From the IMG/VR virus record IMGVR_UViG_3300022890_000091, positions 1-26,491 of that record: DNA of 26,491 bases. One strand, given 5' to 3'. The notes beneath the pieces were generated by a model. It was not told the DNA's origin. It did no database searches and saw only the letters and a program-made list of their open reading frames with translations. The position numbers and the translations under genes are program-made. Shown in pieces: positions 7,161 to 16,278 of this stretch. Positions within the stretch are counted from its first letter, which is position 1. Every line of letters starts with the position of its first letter. The DNA comes from a virus (Duplodnaviria; Caudoviricetes).

Positions 7161-8384
7161 ATGCCTATTAGTATTAGTGATATACCTGCCTTGAAGTTAA
7201 CGGTACTAAATAAGCTCGTTACCAAATTCATGGAACCACCGAATTTGATTCTGAGGAAGATGTTTAGTGCGGTAAATTACGAGTCAGCGGACATTGAATG
7301 GGAATCTCAGATCGGCAGCAGGGGTTTAACCCCGTTTGCGGCTGAGGATGCAGCGGCTCCGGATGCTGTTGTGCCGGGCAGTTCAACAAGCTCTGCTCAC
7401 GCGGCATTTTGGAAAGAAAGAACCTTTTTTGGGAGTTCTTTTTTGAACAACATTCGTCAGCTCGGGACCGACCGTAAGTATCAGAAGTCGGCCCGGACTC
7501 TCTCTCAACAGGTACGTAATCTGAGTAATAGATCGTATCGCAGGGAGGAATGGATGCTTGCCCAGATGCTCTGTAATGATGGTTTCACATATAAGGATTA
7601 TAATGATGCCTACATTACCTTGGATTACGGCATTCCCGATGACAACAAGGTTTCCCTGGGAGTTGATTACAAGTGGAGTGATGGGACCAAACGAGACATT
7701 GCTCAGGACATTTTTGCTGCAAAGCTGGTGATCAGCAATGCCAATGCGGGGATCTTGAACCATGCTATCTTCACTACGGAAGTTTTGAAGTACATGATTT
7801 TCGACGATACCATCCAGACCCTTCTGTCAAAGTCGTCTTATGGCGATGGGGATCTTTTCCAGAACCCGTTAAGCGTGATTGGCAGTTTGGTTGGAATCCA
7901 GAATATGCACCTGTATGACGAGGCGTATCAGATCCGGGCATGGATAACCACTGCCCTGACCGCTGGTGCATCCCCGACAGTGTATGTTGATAACACCACC
8001 GATTTTGAGGTGGGTGGAACTTTAACTTGTCTGGATACTTCGGCAAACACAAAAGAAGATTTAACCATTGCGTCCATAGATACAAATGCAGGGACCATTA
8101 CCTGTACCGGGACGCTTGCCTCGGCTTATAAGGCTACTGAGGATTATGTTTATATGACAAAGAAGTTTATCCCTACGGATAAGTTTGTCATGTGGGCCGA
8201 TAGTGTGGATGGCGAGCCGATTGCTGAAATGATGAAGTCTCCCCATGAACTTTCCAGAAAATGGGGTCAGCAGATTGATCGTTGGGTGAAAACCGATCCT
8301 GATGGAATCTTCGTGCGAGTTGAAGATAAGGGTTTACCCGTTCTGTATCACGAGGATGCAGTTTACCAGTTAGACGTAGCATAA
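7161..8384 (+). CDS. Major capsid protein (lambda gpE family, HK97 fold) with an inserted domain
   Basis: GLTPF, RREEWMLAQML..G, LDYGIP, KWSD...DI, and C-terminal W...DP.G......GLPVL motifs; strong RBS AAGGAGGTGA. Confidence 0.9.
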   Translation: MPISISDIPALKLTVLNKLVTKFMEPPNLILRKMFSAVNYESADIEWESQIGSRGLTPFAAEDAAAPDAVVPGSSTSSAHAAFWKERTFFGSSFLNNIRQLGTDRKYQKSARTLSQQVRNLSNRSYRREEWMLAQMLCNDGFTYKDYNDAYITLDYGIPDDNKVSLGVDYKWSDGTKRDIAQDIFAAKLVISNANAGILNHAIFTTEVLKYMIFDDTIQTLLSKSSYGDGDLFQNPLSVIGSLVGIQNMHLYDEAYQIRAWITTALTAGASPTVYVDNTTDFEVGGTLTCLDTSANTKEDLTIASIDTNAGTITCTGTLASAYKATEDYVYMTKKFIPTDKFVMWADSVDGEPIAEMMKSPHELSRKWGQQIDRWVKTDPDGIFVRVEDKGLPVLYHEDAVYQLDVA

Positions 8385-8396
8385 GGGGGTGACGGT

Positions 8397-8867
8397 ATGA
8401 AACAGAAAATGGGACCATACTCTTCCCCGGGTGCTCAAAGACAGTGGGCAGCAAATGAAGTGTCACCCATGATGGCCTTACATTCTGGTGAAATTACTGG
8501 CAATATTACTGATGCTCCTTTGGGGGCGGCAAATGTTGGTGGTAAGCTCCAGGATGTTTGGCTGTCTTGCGAGGAAAGTGGCAAGGATGATAGCAATACC
8601 TTGTCCTTAACTGTTGATGTGAAAATCAACGGGACAACTTGCCTGACCACTGCTCCCATTATTGCTCACGTGAGTGGGGAGGCGTCAAGCAACAAAACAA
8701 CTAAGGTGAGTGGTGACACTGGTATTACGCAGGCTGTAATGAGCGCGTCTGCTAATGATGTGTCTCCTGGAGATATGATAACCTATGACATGACCTTAAC
8801 CAGAACAACCAGTCCCACAACCGAGATGCGGAATTTGGCCGTGGTTGTAGCATTTGAACCTACTTAA
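8397..8867 (+). CDS. Putative virion structural protein (beta-rich, Ser/Thr-rich)
   Basis: Follows the capsid gene. LTVDVKINGTT...VSPGDMITYD pattern is seen in small phage beta-sandwich proteins. Confidence 0.6.
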   Translation: MKQKMGPYSSPGAQRQWAANEVSPMMALHSGEITGNITDAPLGAANVGGKLQDVWLSCEESGKDDSNTLSLTVDVKINGTTCLTTAPIIAHVSGEASSNKTTKVSGDTGITQAVMSASANDVSPGDMITYDMTLTRTTSPTTEMRNLAVVVAFEPT

Positions 8868-8882
8868 CGGAGGGCAATCGAC

Positions 8883-9398
8883 ATGAAAGTCGAAGTCTTG
8901 AAACATATTAAAGGTGAAGAACTTTGGAAGAAGGGAATGGTGTTTGATGACACCATATCCCCGATTCCAAGGGATGTAATGGCTGAAGTGGCCCAGGGAG
9001 CCAGGACAGTAAGGGTACTCCCTGAGCCCAAGCCTGAAGTGACGGAAACGATTCACGAAACAACTATCAATGTACCCGAGGAAGAAGAAACCCCGGAGGC
9101 CGCAACCGAGAAAACCGTTGAGGCAGAACCCGATAACGCGAGCTTTTTAACCAAAGAGAAACCTACCAAGCACCTTCCAGAGCTGGAGGGTCTAATCCAT
9201 GCAAAGGGCACAATAGCCGCTGTCTCAAATTTACTTAACGTAAGTTACCAGACAATAACGAGATGGCGAAAGGGTGCCACACCAAAACCTGAAATACTTA
9301 CGAAAATTAAGAAAGAATACGAGAAACTGAGGCCGAAACATGACCAGCACAGAAATGGCAGCGTTGCTTCAACAGGAATTGAAGGGGCTTTCGAGTAG
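8883..9398 (+). CDS. Protein with an acidic linker and C-terminal Cro/CI-type helix-turn-helix
   Basis: TIAAVSNLLNVSYQTITRWRKGATPKP is an HTH signature; Glu/Pro/Thr-rich linker precedes it. Confidence 0.7.
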   Translation: MKVEVLKHIKGEELWKKGMVFDDTISPIPRDVMAEVAQGARTVRVLPEPKPEVTETIHETTINVPEEEETPEAATEKTVEAEPDNASFLTKEKPTKHLPELEGLIHAKGTIAAVSNLLNVSYQTITRWRKGATPKPEILTKIKKEYEKLRPKHDQHRNGSVASTGIEGAFE

Positions 9399-9783
9399 CA
9401 TTGAAGATGATGACTATACCAATGCGATATTAGCCGCCGAGCGTGATACCGGATGGTCATTGCCACAAACTGCTGATTTTAAGCTCACTTGGTTAATCTC
9501 ACGAAGCAAAAGGCATTTATTCTTTTACCTGCTCTCGCAGTCAGCGGAAGATTTCAGGTTTAAGAATATATTCCTTAATCATCAGTTTGACCATTACTCG
9601 AAATTAGTTGACCGGATGGATAAAGATTTTAATGTGGCGATAGAGGACAACGCCCTGGAATTTGCCGGTGTTGCAGCGACAGAAATTGCTGGGACAAAGA
9701 TTGATTCTGGATTTGGATATCAGGGGCAAACAAGCCGAGATTACACATATGATGAAGATAATGAAGTTATCATAACACCATAA
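9340..9783 (+). CDS. Putative head-tail adaptor (connector) protein
   Basis: Helical 147-aa protein at the adaptor position; assignment by synteny only. Confidence 0.55.
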   Translation: MTSTEMAALLQQELKGLSSSIEDDDYTNAILAAERDTGWSLPQTADFKLTWLISRSKRHLFFYLLSQSAEDFRFKNIFLNHQFDHYSKLVDRMDKDFNVAIEDNALEFAGVAATEIAGTKIDSGFGYQGQTSRDYTYDEDNEVIITP

Positions 9784-9790
9784 TGCAAAC

Positions 9791-10408
9791 ATGGCGATTG
9801 GCGAAAGTATAAAAAAGGCACTGGCCAAAGTCGGCAGTGCGTACACTATCATACGAGATGCCGGAAACATATCCGGTGAGTATGCTATTTATGATTATGT
9901 CCAGCAAGCTACGAAACCAATAAGTTTGGAGCATTTCAGGAAGGCGGACCTGTCTTACGATACTGATGTTGTAGTTGGGGATGTAATCGATTTTGAGGAA
10001 ACCAGCGAGCGATTTCTTATCATGAATATGCTCCCTGATTTGTTCAAGAACGATACGATTGTTTACGGTGGTATCTTTTACAAATGCAACATATCCAGCG
10101 GAGAATTACTCAGACCCAGCGGTGAAGTGTGGGGGTCTGATTATCACAAGGAAACTCAGTGGGAAGGAATAAAAGATAATTGCGATGCCATGCAGGTGGC
10201 GGCGCTCTATGGGAATTCATTGGAGGACGATGAGGAGCTTGCATTGCTTCAACTCCGCAAGGATGAATTGTATATAGCTCATTCGATAGGCGTTCAGTCA
10301 ATGGATAGGTTCCAACCTGTAAGCGGGGAATATTATCAAGTGTCTACAGTAGAGACTCGTAGGTTCCCGGGAGTGGATGTCGCAATTTTAGAAGAGGATC
10401 ATCGATAA
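9791..10408 (+). CDS. Putative head-closure / head-completion protein
   Basis: Beta-rich, with two similar halves (VVVGDVI...ERFLI and VQSMDRF...EYYQV); synteny. Confidence 0.5.
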   Translation: MAIGESIKKALAKVGSAYTIIRDAGNISGEYAIYDYVQQATKPISLEHFRKADLSYDTDVVVGDVIDFEETSERFLIMNMLPDLFKNDTIVYGGIFYKCNISSGELLRPSGEVWGSDYHKETQWEGIKDNCDAMQVAALYGNSLEDDEELALLQLRKDELYIAHSIGVQSMDRFQPVSGEYYQVSTVETRRFPGVDVAILEEDHR

Positions 10409-10425
10409 TCACCGGAGGGTGAAGG

Positions 10426-12450
10426 ATGAAAAAAGTTCTTTTTGTGGGTGAACACATGCTGAGTAAAGTCGGCAATGGCAATATGCTTGCCGCCGTTCTT
10501 TCTCAAGTGAATAAAGAAAAATATCAGGTAGCCTGTTTCTGTTCTCATGATGTGGATCCGATAAAAACAGTATTTGACCCAATGCCGTTCACGGTCATTA
10601 ACGCCACAACTCCGAAGGATTTTTGGGGTAATGAACGATTAGTTAGCATTGTCCAAAGAGTTGATCTTGATATTCTCTGTTTTGTTGGAATTGATATTTG
10701 GCGATATCAACTGATTTGGAATCGTATAATACAACTCAGGGATCACAAGAAATTTAAGATCATATTTATTTTCCCTTACGATGTTCAACATTTAAGACTC
10801 GATTGGGCGAAGTTGGCGGCGACCTGTGATTTGCCATGCGTATACTCACAATATGGCATTAAGATGCTTAAAGAAAGAGTGCCACACCTTGCCTACTTCA
10901 AGCCACCACTTTTCAACAAACATTTATTCAAACCGCAGGATAAGGCTTTAGTGAGAAAAAAGGTTTTCTCAGGTGTAGCCGCTGACAAGATAATATTTGG
11001 GTTTGTCGGGCAAAACCAAGTTAGAAAGTCTCCTGAACGGTTACTGAAAGCATATTTTGAGGCCAAGCGTGAGAATCCTAATATTTTACTGTATCTTCAT
11101 ACGGATTTAGAAGGTGGGGTTTACAACCTAAAACAGATTGCGAAAGATTATGGCGCGATTTCGGGCGATTTAATTCAGAAAACCCAAGGATTCAAATATC
11201 CCGTCGAACAAATGGTGCATGTTTACAACGCTATGGATTGCCTCGTAAACTGCACGATTCAGGAAGGGTTGTCATGGACGCCTCTTGAAGCAATGGCCTG
11301 TGGGACCCCGGTAATTGCCTCAGATACCACATCTCAGACAGAGTTAGTTATAGGTGCAGCGGAGATGGTGCCGTGCAATGATCTGGCTTTTGTTCCGCTA
11401 ATGACCGAAGGCGGAAAATCCGAGGTGGAATCAAGGGCGTGTAAAGTGAGAGACATTAAAGACACCATTTTAAGGGTAGCTGCTGATCCGGACTTACGTA
11501 AGCAGATGAGCGAGAAAGGGATTGAAAGAGCAAGGAATTGGTTGGAAGGGGTAGGAAACGTCAACGACCTATTTGATTCAGTCGATAAAATCAAACCAGC
11601 GGCTAAAATCAATAAGGTGTTATTCGCTCAACACTCGTCTGCGGGTGATGTGCTGATGGCGACCCAGTGCTTCAAGGGGATTAAAGAGCGACATCCGAAA
11701 CTGCCTTTGGTGTATATGACGCAGAGGATTTATCAAGATATCATCGAAGGCAATCCGTACATTGACGAAATCATTGATTGGGATACGCAGTCATTAGGGC
11801 AGTATCAAGTTGTCTACAATCCTCATGGCGAGCACATTCTTGAGGGTGGATTTAATAATCTGGATGTGACCCTTCACAGCATGTACCCGTACTTCTGCAA
11901 GGTGGATGCGGATGATTTGGCGATTGAGCAGGTGAAACCTAAAGTGCATCCTGCCCAATTGTTATCTCTTTCAATGGGAAAAACAGTGGAAGACTACATC
12001 ATTGTCCACACAACCGGTGGGAATGCGAAATATCGATCATACCCTCACATGGATGTAGCCTTGAAAGGGATTGGCCTCCCGGTGATTCAGATCGGTGGCT
12101 TGAGCGATATCAGGTGTAAGTCCGATCTTGACCTTTGCGGGAAATTGACCTGGCGGGAGAGTGCGTGGGTAATGGCCCATGCGAAGGTCGCGGTTGTGAT
12201 TGATAGTTTCTTGTCTCACCTGGCCGGTGCGGTAGGTACGGATGCCGTTGTCATTTACGGACCTGCCCCGCCGCGCGTGGTTCAACCTAAAGCTCAAGGC
12301 TGTAAAATCATTAACCTGAAACCGGATATGTTGAAGGTTTGCTCGAAGATGACCCATTGTTGGGGGGAGAATCCTCAGTGTAATTCGCCGTGTATCCACA
12401 CAATATCGCCCATGATTGTAAAGAAGGTGTTGAAGGAATTGTTGAAATGA
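10426..12450 (+). CDS. Bifunctional glycosyltransferase: GT4 domain fused to a GT9 (heptosyltransferase-like) domain
   Basis: GT4 signature EGLSWTPLEAMACGTPVIASD; GT9 signatures SSAGDVLMAT and DSFLSHLAGAVGTDAVVIYGP, with a Cys-rich C-terminus. Confidence 0.9.
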   Translation: MKKVLFVGEHMLSKVGNGNMLAAVLSQVNKEKYQVACFCSHDVDPIKTVFDPMPFTVINATTPKDFWGNERLVSIVQRVDLDILCFVGIDIWRYQLIWNRIIQLRDHKKFKIIFIFPYDVQHLRLDWAKLAATCDLPCVYSQYGIKMLKERVPHLAYFKPPLFNKHLFKPQDKALVRKKVFSGVAADKIIFGFVGQNQVRKSPERLLKAYFEAKRENPNILLYLHTDLEGGVYNLKQIAKDYGAISGDLIQKTQGFKYPVEQMVHVYNAMDCLVNCTIQEGLSWTPLEAMACGTPVIASDTTSQTELVIGAAEMVPCNDLAFVPLMTEGGKSEVESRACKVRDIKDTILRVAADPDLRKQMSEKGIERARNWLEGVGNVNDLFDSVDKIKPAAKINKVLFAQHSSAGDVLMATQCFKGIKERHPKLPLVYMTQRIYQDIIEGNPYIDEIIDWDTQSLGQYQVVYNPHGEHILEGGFNNLDVTLHSMYPYFCKVDADDLAIEQVKPKVHPAQLLSLSMGKTVEDYIIVHTTGGNAKYRSYPHMDVALKGIGLPVIQIGGLSDIRCKSDLDLCGKLTWRESAWVMAHAKVAVVIDSFLSHLAGAVGTDAVVIYGPAPPRVVQPKAQGCKIINLKPDMLKVCSKMTHCWGENPQCNSPCIHTISPMIVKKVLKELLK

Positions 12451-12488
12451 AAGATGTAAGAGATGGTCAAAGGAGAAAGAGGTGTTAG

Positions 12489-12686
12489 ATGGAAAAAGCA
12501 CAAATTGATATTGAGTGTGATGGAGAAGATTCGAATTTTACTGTGAACGGAGAAGTTATGTTCCCCCGTAATTTCCCCATTGAAGAAAACAGGGCGATGC
12601 TAATTGGGGAAATTATGTGTATGAGAAACCGTGACCTTTTAACTTTATCTCTAGAGCGGCTTATGGCCGAAAAACTGAACTACTAA
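12489..12686 (+). CDS. Hypothetical protein (65 aa)
   Basis: GAGGTG RBS; in operon orientation. Confidence 0.55.
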   Translation: MEKAQIDIECDGEDSNFTVNGEVMFPRNFPIEENRAMLIGEIMCMRNRDLLTLSLERLMAEKLNY

Positions 12687-12706
12687 AGGCTAAAAAAGAG
12701 GACTCT

Positions 12707-12925
12707 ATGAATATAGACCGAATGATTTTACCTATTGACGACAAGGATCTCCAAAATCAGGTTAAAGTTCAATTGATTGAGGCGATTATGTCTGGTGATA
12801 TTACGGAGTGTGGCGTGAAGAATATAATTGCTGATGCCTGGGATGAAAACGAAAATAGAACGGGTAAGGCATTTACAGGGGAACAAGTTTTGAGAATTTA
12901 TATAGTGCAAAAGGAAAAAGAATGA
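12707..12925 (+). CDS. Hypothetical protein (72 aa)
   Basis: GAGGA RBS; stop overlaps the next start (ATGA). Confidence 0.6.
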   Translation: MNIDRMILPIDDKDLQNQVKVQLIEAIMSGDITECGVKNIIADAWDENENRTGKAFTGEQVLRIYIVQKEKE

Positions 12926-13665
12926 TAATCGGAATGAAGGGCTTAAATGAATCCCGCTATGTCAAACCCGTAATCGGTGACATCCACGACGAGCCATGGG
13001 TTGACCGGATTATCGTGATCGATGGCCGCAGTTCTGATGATACGGTTCATGAGCTTCGTCAATTCGATAAGGTCGAGGTTTATTCTCACAAGTGGGAAAA
13101 ATGGTTTCACGCTCAGGAAATCATACAATCCAACATTTTGCTTCAGTATATTCCACTGGGCTCAATCTTCTTTATCTTGGACTTTGATGAACGGTGTTCT
13201 GACGACCTGAAAATGCTTCTGGCAGACATTGATGATAATGGTATGCCTGATGACATGGATTGTGTTCACGTATCCCGGAAGTCATACGAATTAATGCGAT
13301 TTGATGATTCGCCGTTTGCGATTCCGGATATGGCACGCCCCGGGTTTTGGATTACGTCTCATACCATTGGCCAGTACCCGGATTACCAGTTGCGGATTAT
13401 CCGGCGGAAGCTGGGAATGCACTGGATTAATTCCCCGCACCATATCATGTATGGAATGCAGGAGAATTTATTTACCAACAAAAACATTCAGGCGGATTTA
13501 ATTCATTACCATGGCAAAGAGGATGCCCGAGATCGGCACAATATTGAACGACAATGGCTGAGGAACCAGGCGCGGCGTAAAGAGCTTGGGCTGGAAGCGG
13601 ATATATTCGAGGGAGATCCGAGTCCTGAAATGGCGAAGTATGCAGACCCGGAGTATTGGAAATGA
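12922..13665 (+). CDS. GT2-family glycosyltransferase
   Basis: DRIIVIDGRSSDDT, DxD motif ILDFDE and YPDYQLRI, as in WaaE/KdtX-like GT2 enzymes. Confidence 0.85.
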   Translation: MIIGMKGLNESRYVKPVIGDIHDEPWVDRIIVIDGRSSDDTVHELRQFDKVEVYSHKWEKWFHAQEIIQSNILLQYIPLGSIFFILDFDERCSDDLKMLLADIDDNGMPDDMDCVHVSRKSYELMRFDDSPFAIPDMARPGFWITSHTIGQYPDYQLRIIRRKLGMHWINSPHHIMYGMQENLFTNKNIQADLIHYHGKEDARDRHNIERQWLRNQARRKELGLEADIFEGDPSPEMAKYADPEYWK

Positions 13666-13895
13666 ATTTTGCAATTATAGGGCTGGGGTATGTGGCCCCT
13701 AAACATTTAAAGGCCATAAAAGACGTGGGCGGGGAGTTGATCGCTACCTTAGATCCGTATGATTCCGTGGGTGTATTAGATTCATTCTTTCCGGGGTGTC
13801 AGTATTTCAAAGAGTTTGAGAGCTTCGATCGATTCTGTTCAACCGCAATCCATTTTATGGAGCAATCCAAAGGATGTGACCATAGTTATAATTGA
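13662..13895 (+). pseudogene. 5' fragment of a Gfo/Idh/MocA nucleotide-sugar dehydrogenase (WbpB/WlbA-like)
   Basis: MNFAIIGLGYVAPKHLKAIKDVGGELIATLDPYDSVGVLDSFFPGCQYFKEFESFDR resembles the WbpB N-terminus. Similarity stops after about 58 aa, whereas full-length members are around 300 aa. Confidence 0.75.
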
Positions 13896-14589
13896 TAATC
13901 AAAGCACGGATGGCACACAGGATATGCTGGCAGAATATCAAGCAGAGAATGATATTATAAAGCAAATTATTTATAACCCTGAAAACAAACATGCGGGGTA
14001 TGCCTCAAATCAAAGTTTAGAGATTTTATCCGAGTGCTGTGATGTGGTTGGAAGCATAGCGAACGATGTTTTCGCAGAACCTGGGTGGGATAAGAACATG
14101 AGAGCCTGTTTTGAAGAATTAAAAACTGGTTATATGATAAGTCTTGTCAGGCCAGCCAAGGAAAAACATAAGGAAATAACGCCTTCAGGGAAAGGGCACT
14201 ACATTAAAACGCAAGAAATGGCTGCTTGTACTTTTTTACGATCTGAGCATTTCTTAAAGGGGTTTAAGTGGTCCATAGTGCCATGGGGAAAGGGGCGGAT
14301 CGGTCCCATGCCTGAATTTCACCAAAGACTGAAGCGTGGTTTTAAAGGACAAGATTCACTGAGGGGAGCGACACTGGCAACACCTGGGTTTATAGTGAGA
14401 CGTTGTGAGTATACAAACCCTGAATTTATCGAGTATTACAATAAAACTTTTAGTGAAAGAACCATGTTGACGGAACTTGCCAGAAGAAGAAAATTGGAGG
14501 CGGAAGGGAATGCCTCGTTGATATCTTTTGAATATCGGTATAGTCTTAATTGGGAAGAATTTTTAAAGAAATATTATCCGGAGAAGTAA
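13816..14589 (+). CDS. GT2-like glycosyltransferase, apparently lacking its first beta-strand
   Basis: IVIIDNQSTDGT, NPENKHAGYASN, IANDV. No N-terminal 'SIII.TYN' strand; only a TTG start inside the wbpB-like fragment. Confidence 0.65.
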   Translation: MRASIDSVQPQSILWSNPKDVTIVIIDNQSTDGTQDMLAEYQAENDIIKQIIYNPENKHAGYASNQSLEILSECCDVVGSIANDVFAEPGWDKNMRACFEELKTGYMISLVRPAKEKHKEITPSGKGHYIKTQEMAACTFLRSEHFLKGFKWSIVPWGKGRIGPMPEFHQRLKRGFKGQDSLRGATLATPGFIVRRCEYTNPEFIEYYNKTFSERTMLTELARRRKLEAEGNASLISFEYRYSLNWEEFLKKYYPEK

Positions 14590-14591
14590 TC

Positions 14592-15227
14592 TTGAGTGAT
14601 CTAAAAGAGCTTGCATCAAAAATAGGGGTAGAAAAGATCGGGGGATCTTCTTTGGATCAGGGTAAGTTATACCACGATATCCCTTTTATGTCCTTGCCGA
14701 GCCACAGGAAGAATACCAGGTTGAGGGTAGATAGAATCCTGATGGAGATTGACGTAAAGGGCAAGAAAGGTCTCGACTTGGGTTGTTCGGCCGGTGGGAT
14801 AACCTTTCGCCTGCAAGCTGCCGGGGCAAGTATGACTGGGATTGATTACGATAAGGCCATGATAAACCTTGCGACGGCAATAGGGAACAAATTTAAAACC
14901 AGTGCCAAATTCGTTCATTCGATTATCAATAAGGAGTTGATATCCGGATTAGAACAATATGGCTTCATTGTTTGGTTCGATCAGTGGATGTGGTTGTTAA
15001 AGCAGGCGGGAGAAGATGCGTATGAATGTATCTCGATTGTGTCACAAAAGACAAATTGCCTGTTCTTCTCAACCACACAGGGCGATGCTATGGCAAAGAG
15101 CGCCAATATATCGTCAAGTCAAGATGTGTTCAATATTCTAAAAGACAATACCGATTATCAAATTGATGATCTCGGGACAGTAAAGGACGGCTGGTATCCA
15201 CGAAATATTTTCAGGTGTTATAGATGA
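14592..15227 (+). CDS. Class I SAM-dependent methyltransferase
   Basis: Motif I GLDLGCSAGG and motif II MTGIDYD. TTG 14592 after GGAG is the preferred start (ORF track starts at 14550). Confidence 0.85.
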   Translation: MSDLKELASKIGVEKIGGSSLDQGKLYHDIPFMSLPSHRKNTRLRVDRILMEIDVKGKKGLDLGCSAGGITFRLQAAGASMTGIDYDKAMINLATAIGNKFKTSAKFVHSIINKELISGLEQYGFIVWFDQWMWLLKQAGEDAYECISIVSQKTNCLFFSTTQGDAMAKSANISSSQDVFNILKDNTDYQIDDLGTVKDGWYPRNIFRCYR

Positions 15228-15709
15228 GAGGGAATACCGCAAGGATTGAACTATTAGAGGGGAACATATTGAAAACTATTGACCTTAATTCCTCTACAAC
15301 CAAGCTGATAAACTCGTTCTTGAGGCCACACTACCCAGGTGATATTGAGCCGATTGTGGCACATGAAGTCAAGGCATTAGAGATATTGGCTAAATATGAT
15401 ATATCGCCTATTGTCAAGAAATACGGCAAGGATTTCATTGTGATGTCCTATGTGGGGGAAGAAGCGAAAAGTGTTTCGGCCGAACAGGTTAACCATATTG
15501 TAAGTACTTTAACTAAGGCCGATATCGTTCACAATGATCTGGTGTTTAACGAGGAGCTTAGAAATATTACGATTCTTAATGGCAGGGTTTACCTGATCGA
15601 TTTTCAATTAGCATCCATGTCTGGCATACCGTCTGTTAAAGATATCCGGAAAGCATTCTGGCGACCAAATTATGAGAGTGACGAAAAACAATTAAGGGAA
15701 ATGATATGA
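15224..15709 (+). CDS. Small protein-kinase-like fold enzyme (Kdo kinase/RIO/APH-like)
   Basis: HEVKAL (alphaC Glu), IVMSYVGE hinge, IVHNDL...RNI catalytic loop, YLIDF metal-binding loop. Confidence 0.8.
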   Translation: MRGNTARIELLEGNILKTIDLNSSTTKLINSFLRPHYPGDIEPIVAHEVKALEILAKYDISPIVKKYGKDFIVMSYVGEEAKSVSAEQVNHIVSTLTKADIVHNDLVFNEELRNITILNGRVYLIDFQLASMSGIPSVKDIRKAFWRPNYESDEKQLREMI

Positions 15710-16278
15710 CAGAAAGACTGTTTATTGAAACTGTAATCCCATACGAGCCATGCAAGAAAGTAGGCTTTGCGTATAACCGGGCCATGGAACACGCAAATGA
15801 TTGGGTTCTGATAATGGATCATGATTTGTTTTTATGTAACCCAAACTGGTACGAGGCGTTTTTGGCGGCAGCAACAAGACTTGGCCACCAAGCAGGTTGG
15901 ATAACTGCCGTCACTAACCGCTGCGCGTCCGGATCTCAAAAGTCTCTCGGGTGTCCGGAAGGAAGTGATGATTTAATCGACCATATTAGATGGGCGGAGA
16001 AGGTTTGGAAAGAGCATGGGACAGCTACCGTAGAAGGTGGTGGTTGTGACAATGGTCATATGATCCTGACACACAAGGGGGCATGGGAAGATGCAGGCGG
16101 GTTTAACCAAGCAAAGGGAATGCACTGTGACGGTGATTATTTCAAAAGAATCATCAAGGCTGGGTACAAGGCGTATTACATGCCTGGAAACTATGTTTAC
16201 CACCTTCAAGACCGGAAATATCAGGTTTGGAAATGGCACAAATGGAAGGACTATGGCCATGAATGGAGGGTGTTATGA
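15706..16278 (+). CDS. GT2-like (GT-A) glycosyltransferase
   Basis: AYNRAM...WVLIMDHD (DxD), AWEDAGGFN, CDGDY, VYH. Confidence 0.75.
   Translation: MTERLFIETVIPYEPCKKVGFAYNRAMEHANDWVLIMDHDLFLCNPNWYEAFLAAATRLGHQAGWITAVTNRCASGSQKSLGCPEGSDDLIDHIRWAEKVWKEHGTATVEGGGCDNGHMILTHKGAWEDAGGFNQAKGMHCDGDYFKRIIKAGYKAYYMPGNYVYHLQDRKYQVWKWHKWKDYGHEWRVL

Noticed and set aside
12447-12488. 13-codon ORF MKDVRDGQRRKRC coupled to the GT4-GT9 stop
   Set aside because: Too short to support; may only be a translational-coupling spacer.
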